Source of the DNA: Candidatus Dormibacteria bacterium
GTDB taxonomy: Bacteria; Chloroflexota; Dormibacteria; Aeolococcales; Aeolococcaceae
Length of the DNA: 64,000 nt
Direction: 5' to 3'
Assembly: GCA_050012735.1 (NCBI GenBank)
Contig: JBEKGP010000001.1
Coordinates: forward strand, 2,055 to 66,054
In this document: piece by piece, positions 1-7,879 of the stretch
Position numbering within the stretch: the first letter of the stretch is position 1
Layout of the letters: each line of letters opens with the position of its first letter
The notes under the pieces: generated by a model
Databases searched by the model: none
What the model saw: the letters and a program-made list of their open reading frames with translations, nothing else
What the model was told of the DNA's origin: nothing
Program-made: the position numbers and the translations under genes

Positions 1-822
1 CGCCTCGAGGGCTGCGACATCGTCTTCTTCGCCGCCGGCGGGGCCATCTCCAAGGAGTACGCCCCCCTGGTCGCCCAGGGCGGCGGCGTCGCCGTCGACA
101 AGTCGAGCGTCTTCCGGATGGACCCTGAGGTCCCCCTGGTCGTGCCCGAGGTCAACGGCGAGAAGGTGCGCGAGCACCACGGGATCATCGCCAACCCCAA
201 CTGCGTGGCCACGCCGCTCGCGGTGACCCTGGCGCCACTGCACCGCGCCTTCGGTCTTCGGCACGTCACCGTCGCCACCTACCAGGCGGCGACCGGGGCG
301 GGGCGGGCGCTCCGTGTAGAGATGGAGGCGCAAGCGCGCCAGGATGTCGCGGGAGAGGTCCCGACCCACCACGTCTACCCCCACGTCCTCCACGGCAACG
401 TCATCCCCGGTGGCTGGAAGATGTACGGCGACGACACCGAGGAGGAGGTCAAGGTCGTCCAGGAGGTCCGCCGCATCCTCGACCTCCCCGACCTGGGCAT
501 CGGCATCACCACGGTGCGTGTCCCGGTGGCGATCGGCCACGCGCAGGCGGTGTGGGTGGAGATGGAGAGCGAGGTCGACCCCGCCGAGGCCCGGCGCATC
601 CTGGAGGGTGCCGCCGGCATCCGGGTCGTCGACGATCCCGCCTCGCAGAGCTACCCGACCCCGCGCGAGGTGGCCGGTTCGGACGAGGTCCACGTCGGCC
701 GCATCCGCCGCGACCCCAGCCGGGAGCACGGCCTCGCCCTCTTCGTGGTCGCCGACAACCTCCGCAAGGGGGCTGCCACCAATGCGGTCCAGGTCGCCGA
801 GCTGGTCCTGGAGTATCGGTAA
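1..822 (+). CDS. asd: aspartate-semialdehyde dehydrogenase, C-terminal part (5' end outside window)
   Basis: Frame 1 is open from nt 1 (RLEGCDIVFFAAGG...). It contains IIANPNCVATPL (the Asd active-site Cys region) and DNLRKGAATNAVQ near the C-terminus. Stop TAA is at 820-822. Confidence 0.9.
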   Translation, partial: RLEGCDIVFFAAGGAISKEYAPLVAQGGGVAVDKSSVFRMDPEVPLVVPEVNGEKVREHHGIIANPNCVATPLAVTLAPLHRAFGLRHVTVATYQAATGAGRALRVEMEAQARQDVAGEVPTHHVYPHVLHGNVIPGGWKMYGDDTEEEVKVVQEVRRILDLPDLGIGITTVRVPVAIGHAQAVWVEMESEVDPAEARRILEGAAGIRVVDDPASQSYPTPREVAGSDEVHVGRIRRDPSREHGLALFVVADNLRKGAATNAVQVAELVLEYR

Positions 823-869
823 CCGCTAGCCATCCGGTGGCGGCAAGAGGGGAGAGGAGGGATCTCGGC

Positions 870-995
870 ATGCAATTCGACCACTACACGGTGACCCTGC
901 TGATCCTCCGATCCGACGCCCCGCCGCTCGACGAGGCAGCGCTGGACGTCCTCCAGGTCCTGCACAAGCCTGAGGGGTCCCAGCGGACTGGTTGA
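870..995 (+). pseudogene. truncated YciI-like small ORF (41 codons)
   Basis: ATG 870 follows GGAGAGGAGGG. MQFDHYTVTLLILRSDAPPLDEAALDVLQ resembles the N-terminus of ~100-aa YciI-like proteins (from memory), but the ORF stops after 41 codons. TGA 993-995 is in frame with the next ORF. Confidence 0.25.
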
Positions 996-998
996 CCG

Positions 999-2453
999 GT
1001 GTGGCGTGCGTCTCCCCCTCCACCTGCGAAGCCTCCGGCTACTACGCAACCGCCACCGGTCCCACGTACACGCTTGCCGAGGGCAGATCGGGATAGCCGC
1101 CGCCCGCAGCCGGGTGAGAGTACGCCCGCGGGCCTCAAGTGCCGGCGGGCCCGGCGCCGGTATCATGCCGCGATCGACCGGCTCAGATCCCTCCCGTGGT
1201 TGCGCATCGTGCGCGTCCTGTTTGCGCTTTACCTGGTGGGCGCGCTCGTCAGCGTCTGGCTGCCCGGCGATTGGCGGCAGGCGGATGTGGCGCTGTACCG
1301 CACCGATGCCCTCGCCTTCTGGGGGCACCTGGCGCATCCGTCTCTGCCCCATGAGTACCCGCCGCTCGCGGTGATCCCCTTCGCCCTGGCGGCGATCGGG
1401 CCGCCGTCGGTGGGGCAGGATTGCTTCGCCCTCGGCATGGCGGCCCTCTTCGTCCTCGGCTTCGTCGCCATCCGGCGGTGGAAGGGCGCCTCCCGCGCCT
1501 GGACCTACGGCGCCTACACGCTGGCGGCCGGCCCGGCGACGCTCCTCTTCCGCTACGACATCCTGCCCGCCCTGATGGCGCTCGGCTGCCTCTGGCTGCT
1601 CGAACGGCGCCGCTTCGCCTCCACCTACCCGCTAATCGGCCTTGGCACCCTGGTCAAGCTCTTCCCGCTCGCCCTGCTTCCGGTCACCGTCATCGCTCAC
1701 GCCCGCGCCGCACGGGAGAGGGGCGCCGGGGTGCTGATCCGCGGGCTGGCCGCCGGAGTGGTGGTCTGCGCGATCGTCGTGGCAGGCGGATTCGCCCTCG
1801 GTCACGTCATCGATCCGGCCCACGGGTTGGGCGCGATCACCTACAACGTCGACCGACCGGTCCAGGTCGAGTCGGTTCCGGCCACCCTGATGTGGCTGGG
1901 GTCGCTGCTCGGAGTGCCGGTCCACCCCGTCTACGCCTCCGTCTCCTACGACCTCGTCGGCAGCCTGAGCGGTGTCGCCTCGGCGGCCGGGGACCTCGGC
2001 CTGGTGGTGGGTGTGCTCTGGGTGTGGTGGAGGCAGTTGCTCGGGCGGATGGAGACCGGGCACGCGGTGGTGGGGACCCTGCTCGTGCTGCTCTGCACCA
2101 CCGGGGTGCTGAGCACCCAGTTCCTGCTCTGGGTGGCGCCGGTGCTCGCCGTCGTGGAGGGCTTCCGCTACCGCTGGCTGGCCGTGTTCCTGCTCACCGC
2201 GCTGATCTTCCCGGTGCTCTACCAGGTGGCCGTGGAGTATTCACCCGTTCTGCGGTACTCGGTGTGGTTCCTGGTCGGGATCGGCGCCCGCAACGTGCTC
2301 CTGATCGCCTGCACGGTCGGCTTCCTGGTCAGCAGCGGGAGGATCCCCGCCGCCCGCCCGGCGCCGAGCGGCGACGCCGGCCGCGTGCCCCCGCCGGGGC
2401 GGGTGGAACCGCTCGAGCCCGAGCCGCTCACGTCGCTCACCACCACGGTCTGA
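999..2453 (+). CDS. polytopic membrane protein, GT-C / DUF2029 (GT87)-like glycosyltransferase
   Basis: The ORF has 484 codons and many hydrophobic helices. The N-terminal DVALYRTDA...HEYPPLAV resembles the DUF2029/GT87 signature. The first ~65 codons are Pro/Arg-rich, so the true start may be TTG 1200 or GTG 1209. Confidence 0.55.
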   Translation: MWRASPPPPAKPPATTQPPPVPRTRLPRADRDSRRPQPGESTPAGLKCRRARRRYHAAIDRLRSLPWLRIVRVLFALYLVGALVSVWLPGDWRQADVALYRTDALAFWGHLAHPSLPHEYPPLAVIPFALAAIGPPSVGQDCFALGMAALFVLGFVAIRRWKGASRAWTYGAYTLAAGPATLLFRYDILPALMALGCLWLLERRRFASTYPLIGLGTLVKLFPLALLPVTVIAHARAARERGAGVLIRGLAAGVVVCAIVVAGGFALGHVIDPAHGLGAITYNVDRPVQVESVPATLMWLGSLLGVPVHPVYASVSYDLVGSLSGVASAAGDLGLVVGVLWVWWRQLLGRMETGHAVVGTLLVLLCTTGVLSTQFLLWVAPVLAVVEGFRYRWLAVFLLTALIFPVLYQVAVEYSPVLRYSVWFLVGIGARNVLLIACTVGFLVSSGRIPAARPAPSGDAGRVPPPGRVEPLEPEPLTSLTTTV

Positions 2454-3809
2454 GTGATGGTCTCGCCCCTGCACCCCCCGCGTCCGCGGTCGCCAGCCAC
2501 GGGTGGTCCGCTCCGGCGGGCAGCGATCCCGCTGCTGGCCATCGCCTTCATGGTCGCGTCGGCCGTCGCCGTGCTCCTCTTTGACACCAGCAAGACCGAC
2601 CTCGACGTCTTCTTCTGGCCGTCGGCGGAGATCGCTGTGCACGGGCATCCGCTCCTCGTCTACACGCTCCGCGCCGGCCCCTATCCCAATGCCAACGGGC
2701 CGGTGAGCCTGCTGCCGCTCGGCGTCGTCGTGGCGGTCATCAATGCCCTCGGGTGGCAGGAGGGCATGCGGCTCCGCGACGCCCTGACCGTGGGCGTCTT
2801 CGCCGTCTTCTCCCTGCTGATGGCCCGGGAGGCGGTGCTCGCCATCGAAGCGGGGCGGGGGAGGGGGCGGGACGCGCGGAGCACGGCGCAGGGCGGGGAG
2901 GGGCTGGGGAGGCGAGGAGAGGCGGGGCGTGATGAGGGGCGCGGGCGGCCGACTCGGTGGCTGCTCATCGCGGCCGTCTTCCTCCTGGCGCCGCCGCTCT
3001 GGGTGGCCCTGGTCGGATTCGGCCACATCGAGGAGCCGCTGGAGCTCTGGCTGATCCTGCTCGGGGTGCGGTTGCTCGGTCGGGGGAGGACGGTGTGGGC
3101 CGGGATCTGCCTGGGTCTGGCGGTGATGACCAAGAGCGTCTCCGCCGTCTGCCTCATCCCCCTGCTCGTCGCCCTGCTGTCTGACCGGCGGGTGCGGTCG
3201 GCGGGGGCGCTGGCGGGGGCCGCCGTGCTCACCGCCGCCGCCGTCATCGCCCCCTTCCTGCTCGCCAACCGCTCCGGCGTCGTCTACTCGCTGCTGACCT
3301 ACCGGGGAGAGCTGCCCATCGTGGGCGGCTCCCTCTGGGTGGCGTTCCTGGGATCGGGGTGGGATGGGTTCGTCCGCCATTCGGATGCCGTGCTCTTCAC
3401 GGGAGCGGCGCTCGTGCTGAGCGTCGCGGCCCTCGCCGTGCGGCCGCGTGGTGGGTGGGCCACGCCGCGTGTGTACGGCCTGCTGGCGGTGGCGGCGGCT
3501 TGCATCCCGATGCTTGCCAAGACCTCCTGGCCGTACTACCTCCTCGACCCCTACGTCTTCGCCGCCATCTGGTGGCTGGGACGTCCCGGGCGGGTCGTCA
3601 GCGGGAGGCTGGCGGTCCCGCTGCTCCTCGCCGTGGGCGACATCGTGCTGGCGGCCATCGAGCCGACCCTGCCGCTGCCCGCCGGGACCGGGGCCGTGGT
3701 CGGGATCGCGGCCTCGGCGGGGATGGCAGTGGTCATCGCGCTGCTGTTCGGGCTCTCCTGGGGCCCGCGGGGTGACGCGGTGGCCGCTCCGAGCTCAGCG
3801 GTCCCCTAG
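2454..3809 (+). CDS. second polytopic GT-C / DUF2029 (GT87)-like membrane protein
   Basis: The GTG-ATG start abuts the previous stop. DLDVFFWPSAEIAVHGHPLLVY...YPNANGP resembles the GT87 N-terminus, followed by many TM helices. It carries an internal Arg/Gly-rich insertion. Confidence 0.55.
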   Translation: MMVSPLHPPRPRSPATGGPLRRAAIPLLAIAFMVASAVAVLLFDTSKTDLDVFFWPSAEIAVHGHPLLVYTLRAGPYPNANGPVSLLPLGVVVAVINALGWQEGMRLRDALTVGVFAVFSLLMAREAVLAIEAGRGRGRDARSTAQGGEGLGRRGEAGRDEGRGRPTRWLLIAAVFLLAPPLWVALVGFGHIEEPLELWLILLGVRLLGRGRTVWAGICLGLAVMTKSVSAVCLIPLLVALLSDRRVRSAGALAGAAVLTAAAVIAPFLLANRSGVVYSLLTYRGELPIVGGSLWVAFLGSGWDGFVRHSDAVLFTGAALVLSVAALAVRPRGGWATPRVYGLLAVAAACIPMLAKTSWPYYLLDPYVFAAIWWLGRPGRVVSGRLAVPLLLAVGDIVLAAIEPTLPLPAGTGAVVGIAASAGMAVVIALLFGLSWGPRGDAVAAPSSAVP

Positions 3810-4193
3810 GCGGAAGACAAACTTGGCGGCGCTGTGCGTCTCCGAGAAGTGGACCACCTTGACGTCGACCAGACCGGCCTCCAGGCCGGCGGCGAGCGTC
3901 TCCCTCTCGCTGATGGCGGAGCTGCCCCGCGGGCGGACGATCCAGAGCGCCGCATCGCGGCGCATGCTCTCGATCAGGCGCGCGGCCTGAGCCAGCTGAG
4001 CTCGATCCTCGGCGGCGAGCAGGACCATGTCGCATCCCGCGGGGTCGGTCACCACCTCCGCTGCCCGGCTGCGCAGCGCGGCGAGGAAGTCGGGGGCGAA
4101 GGCTCCGAGCGTCGCCACCCGCATCCCCGGTCGCACCCCGAGCTTGTCCAGCAGCGGTCGGGTCGAGGGCTGGTCGTCCCGCGGTGGGGTCAT
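3795..4193 (-). CDS. DUF3052-family protein
   Basis: From ATG 4193 the translation reads MTPPRDDQPSTRPLLDKLGVRPGMRVATLGAFAPDFLAAL...AAKFVFRL, the typical ~130-aa actinobacterial DUF3052 pattern (from memory). The upstream part of the 204-codon ORF is low complexity. Confidence 0.65.
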   Translation of the reverse strand: MTPPRDDQPSTRPLLDKLGVRPGMRVATLGAFAPDFLAALRSRAAEVVTDPAGCDMVLLAAEDRAQLAQAARLIESMRRDAALWIVRPRGSSAISERETLAAGLEAGLVDVKVVHFSETHSAAKFVFRLGDR

Positions 4194-4717
4194 GTCAGGG
4201 GGAGCCCTCGGCCCTGGTGGTCGAGGTCCTCGGGGTGTCGGTGGTGGAGCGCCACGTTCGTAGCGTACCGAGGGGCTCGTCAGGAGGGCGGGTGCGGTGG
4301 TACAACCCGAGCCATGTCGAGGCGAGCAATGTCGAGGTGTATGCGTTGAGGCCGTCGGGGGACGAGGAGTACCGGAGCTGGGAGGGAATGCCGGCCTCCC
4401 TTTCCCCACTCGCCGTTCCGGGGCAGGCTGGCGGGGCCGGCCTGCGCGGGCTGCTACAGCCCCTCACCTGGCTTCGCTGGCGGGCGGCGGTTCGCCGCCA
4501 GGGCCCCTTCGCTCTGGACTTCGACGAATTCCGTTGCAGACGGGCAGGCCGCGTCAGGTAGCTCAACTCCCAGTCCGCCGGGGGCGGCCGTCCGCGGACA
4601 TCTCGGCCGGATCGGAGGGGCCTGACCCCCCACAAGCCCAACGAGCCCTTCTCGACGGTAGCGGCGTGCCGCGCCGTAGCCTTCGTCGCCCCTGAGCTCC
4701 GACCGTATGCTGTCGTC

Positions 4718-5301
4718 ATGGCCAAGATCGAGATCACTCCCACGTTCCTGGTCGTCCACCTCGGCGGCTTCGACCGCTTCCTGGCTCTCATCTGCGGCTT
4801 ATCCGGCGGGGTCAAGGCCCGGCTGAAGGTGCCCTTGGAGCATGTCGCCGGGGTCCACGCCACGGCTCCCGAGGCCTATCGGTTCTGGATAGGCTGGACG
4901 GTCACCGCCCTCAGCCTGTCTGGCGTGGTCACCATCGGCCGCTTGTTCTACCGCGGCCAGTGGGCCTTCTGGGATGTCCACCATCCCGAAAGGGCGATCG
5001 CCATCCACCTCCGCGACGAGCCTATTCCAAGTTGGTGATCGGCGTCGACGATCCGGCTGGGGTGGCGGCGAACATCGCCCGGGCCGTCTCGCCGGCGGAG
5101 CGGCGGGACCCAGGGGCGCGGCGTCGGGCGCTTGGAGCGCTGGCATTGGCGATCGTGATCGGGAGTGCGGTCCTTGTCGTGGCGATTCTCGAAGTAGCCC
5201 TCACCGCCCTCGGGCTGGCGCCGGCGATCGATGTCGCGTTGGGTCTGATCGTCGTCTGGCTGGCGGTGACGCTGGGCTCCGGCTGGCTGACCCGCAGTTG
5301 A
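4718..5301 (+). pseudogene. PH-like (bPH) domain membrane protein interrupted by a 1-nt frameshift near 5018-5025
   Basis: Frame 2 (4718-5038) ends ...AIAIHLRDEPIPSW*. Frame 1 continues YSKLVIGVDDPAGVAANIARAV and then two TM helices to 5301. The joined protein matches the usual architecture of this family. Confidence 0.55.
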
Positions 5302-5500
5302 TGCACCGCGAATCCGCGTCCTCCAAGCGGCCCTCTGCGCATTCCGCCGGGGGCGCCCCCCACCTATAGTTGGACCGTGAGCGCCAGTTCCGCCGACCAC
5401 CTGCGCGCGGTGCACGTCATGGCAGCCCTCGACGCCCTCGAGGCGGTTGCCCTCCCGTCGCGGGAGGGGCGAAGCGTTCGGCTCATAGCGGGAGAGGCTG

Positions 5501-5989
5501 ATGGCATCTGAGGTTCCGGGCGATCTGCTGCCCACCCTCGAGGAGCAGGAGCGCCGGCTCGTCTTCCCGAGCTTTGGCTACGACGATGCCTGGCGTCTCG
5601 GCACGCTTCTGGTCGAGTTCGCCCGCGAGCGGCGGGCACCGGTCGCCATCGACATCCGCTGCGGCGCCCAGCAGCTGTTCCACTGCGCGCTGCCCGGCTC
5701 GAGTGCTGATAACGACGCCTGGATCGACCGCAAGCGGGGTGTCGTCGCGCGCTACGCGGAGAGCTCGTACCTGGTGGGGGAGCGCTTTCGGGTGCAGGGC
5801 ACGACCTTCGAGGAGTCGTCGCGGCTCGACCCGGACCGCTACGCCGCGCACGGAGGGTCGTTTCCGGTGCGCCTGAGCCCCGACGGCCCGGTGGTCGGGA
5901 CCATCACGGTGTCCGGACTGCCCCAGGCTGAGGATCACCGGCTCATCGTCGAAGGGCTGGAGCGGTACCTCGACCCCGGGTCTCGGTAG
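5501..5989 (+). CDS. UPF0303 / heme-degrading (DUF336, GlcG-like) domain protein
   Basis: LEEQERRLVFPSFGYDDAWRLG...AIDIRCGAQQLFHCALPGSSADNDAWIDRKRGVV...GGSFPV...GTITVSGLPQAEDH is the characteristic UPF0303 pattern. Confidence 0.8.
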   Translation: MASEVPGDLLPTLEEQERRLVFPSFGYDDAWRLGTLLVEFARERRAPVAIDIRCGAQQLFHCALPGSSADNDAWIDRKRGVVARYAESSYLVGERFRVQGTTFEESSRLDPDRYAAHGGSFPVRLSPDGPVVGTITVSGLPQAEDHRLIVEGLERYLDPGSR

Positions 5990-6028
5990 GGCGACGCCGG
6001 CCGCGCTGACCGGCTCCGCTTCCCCGGC

Positions 6029-6559
6029 TCAGTCGCGGTATGGCGGGGGGTGGTGTCCGGGCGGAGGCGGCGGCGGTATCGATTCGATGCCCGGTGGCTC
6101 GTCGGGCCACACCAGCAGAACGGCACAGGGGGCGTGGTCGACGACGAACCGGGTGGCCGGGCCCAGGCTGTGCGGGCCCAGGCGCGAGTGGTCGCCGTCG
6201 CGAGCCACCACCAGCAGGTCGACGTTCTCGACGACGGCGCGAATAACCTCGCGCTCGACCCGCCCTCGACGGCGGAGCAGCTCGGCGTCCTGACGGCCGA
6301 GTCGCGCCGCAGCGGCGGCGAGCAACTCGGAGGCGGCCCCGTCAGCGACGTCCTGGAACGAGCGGACGGCTCGGCGTCCGGCAAACGCCCGACCGAGCAG
6401 CCCCGTCGTCGCCGCGCTGGCGACCTCGGCGACATCGGATGGGGTGACGTGGAGGAGGGCGACCTGGGCTCCGGAGGGGAGGCCGTGGCTGGCGGCGTCG
6501 ATGCATCCCTGCCACGTCCCCTCGACCACCCAGATGACGATCCGCACAGCTGGCATCAT
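6029..6559 (-). CDS. universal stress protein (UspA family)
   Basis: From ATG 6559 the translation reads MMPAVRIVIWVVEG...VDLLVVARDGDHSRLGPHSLGPATRFVVDHAPCAVLLV, a USP fold signature. The start overlaps the stop of the upstream permease (ATGA). Confidence 0.8.
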   Translation of the reverse strand: MMPAVRIVIWVVEGTWQGCIDAASHGLPSGAQVALLHVTPSDVAEVASAATTGLLGRAFAGRRAVRSFQDVADGAASELLAAAAARLGRQDAELLRRRGRVEREVIRAVVENVDLLVVARDGDHSRLGPHSLGPATRFVVDHAPCAVLLVWPDEPPGIESIPPPPPPGHHPPPYRD

Positions 6560-7806
6560 CCCATCAATCGCAGGGAAACCCAAAGGGCGACCGTCGAGGC
6601 GACCAGCACGAGCGGCACCGTGAGGGCGCCCAGGCGCACGAACTCCGAGAGGGGCAGCTCCTCTCCGCGCTGCCGCAGGACGCGCCGCCAGAGCAGGGTG
6701 GCGAGCGATCCGACGTAGGTCAGATTGGGCCCGGTGTTGACACCGATGAGCATCGCCAGCACCGCTCCGGGACCGGCGACGGACGCCGCCGGGAGCAGAA
6801 GGAGCACCGCCGGAAGATTGTTGATGAGGTTGGCGAGCGCGGCTGCAATGACCGCGATCAGCAGGAGCGCGCCGAGCGACGTCCCCCCGGGCACGAGGTG
6901 GGTCACGAGCGTGCCGAGTCCGTGGATTGAGACGGCTTTCACGATCAGCCCGAGGGCCAACACGAAGGCGAGGAAGGGCACCTCGAGCGCCAGGCCGACG
7001 TCGCGGACGGTGGCGCGCCGGCTCACCAGCGCCGGCACGGCGAGGATGACGGCGCCGCCGAGCGCGGCGAACGCAGGGGCGACGTGAAGGACGGAGGTCA
7101 CGAAGAACCCGAGGAGCGTGAGCACCACGACCACGCAGGCGAACACCGGAACCGGGTTGCGAGCCTGGGCGACGGGTTCGGCGTGTCCGACGAGATCGAC
7201 GGCGAAGAACCGCCGCAGCACCAGCCACTCCACCGCGATCGCCGCCAGCCACGGCAGCGCCATGGTTGCGCCGAAGCGGACGAACGACAGCCCGCTGGCG
7301 CTGAAGGCCAGCAGGTTGGTGAGGTTGGAGACGGGCAGGAGCAAGGAGGCCGAGTTCGCGAGGTGGGTGCACGCATAGACGTGCGGCTTGGCCCGCAGCC
7401 GGAGGCGTGCCACCGTGGCGAACACGGCCGGAGTGAGCAGCACCACGGTCGCGTCGAGGCTGAGCACCGCGGTGACCGTGCTCGCGATCGCAAAGACGAG
7501 CGCGAGGAGCGTGACCGGTCGGCCCCGAGAGCCGGCCGCCATCCAGGTCCCGGCGGCCTCGAACAGCCCAAACCGATCGCACAGATTGGCCAGTACGAGG
7601 ACGGCGGCCAGGAAGCCGATGGTCGGCGCGAGGCTCCTGGCTTCGGCGCCGGCCTGGCCCAGCGGCAGGATGCCGAGCAGCAACAGCAATCCGGCGGCCG
7701 GCACCGCGACGAGCGCCTCCGGCAGGCCCCAGGGGCGAACCACGGCTGACACCAGCGTCGCCACGAGGAGCAGACCGGCAAGCGTCTCGGCAATGGGGCC
7801 TGGCAC
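6556..7806 (-). CDS. ArsB/NhaD-family anion permease
   Basis: The 416-aa protein is polytopic. LDATVVLLTPAVF...THLANSASLLLPVSNLTNLL is typical of the arsenical pump / NhaD permease superfamily. Confidence 0.8.
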   Translation of the reverse strand: MPGPIAETLAGLLLVATLVSAVVRPWGLPEALVAVPAAGLLLLLGILPLGQAGAEARSLAPTIGFLAAVLVLANLCDRFGLFEAAGTWMAAGSRGRPVTLLALVFAIASTVTAVLSLDATVVLLTPAVFATVARLRLRAKPHVYACTHLANSASLLLPVSNLTNLLAFSASGLSFVRFGATMALPWLAAIAVEWLVLRRFFAVDLVGHAEPVAQARNPVPVFACVVVVLTLLGFFVTSVLHVAPAFAALGGAVILAVPALVSRRATVRDVGLALEVPFLAFVLALGLIVKAVSIHGLGTLVTHLVPGGTSLGALLLIAVIAAALANLINNLPAVLLLLPAASVAGPGAVLAMLIGVNTGPNLTYVGSLATLLWRRVLRQRGEELPLSEFVRLGALTVPLVLVASTVALWVSLRLMG

Positions 7807-7879
7807 CGTCCCCGGAGCTTACGTCCGGGGTGGTCGCCTAGGAATGCCCCGGGACACTCCGAACGTACAATCGAGGACG

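Noticed and set aside
4514-4526. CTGGACTTCGACG, within ...GGGCCCCTTCGCTCTGGACTTCGACGAATTCCG..., resembles the 5' region of tmRNA (GGGGCUGAUUCUGGAUUCGACGGG).
   Set aside because: No 7-bp acceptor stem partner is present. No T-arm (GGTTCGAnTCC) with a terminal CCA lies downstream on either strand. No tag reading frame ends in Ala-Ala-stop. The spacing from the G-run is also wrong. I treat it as a chance resemblance inside the unexplained 4194-4717 gap.
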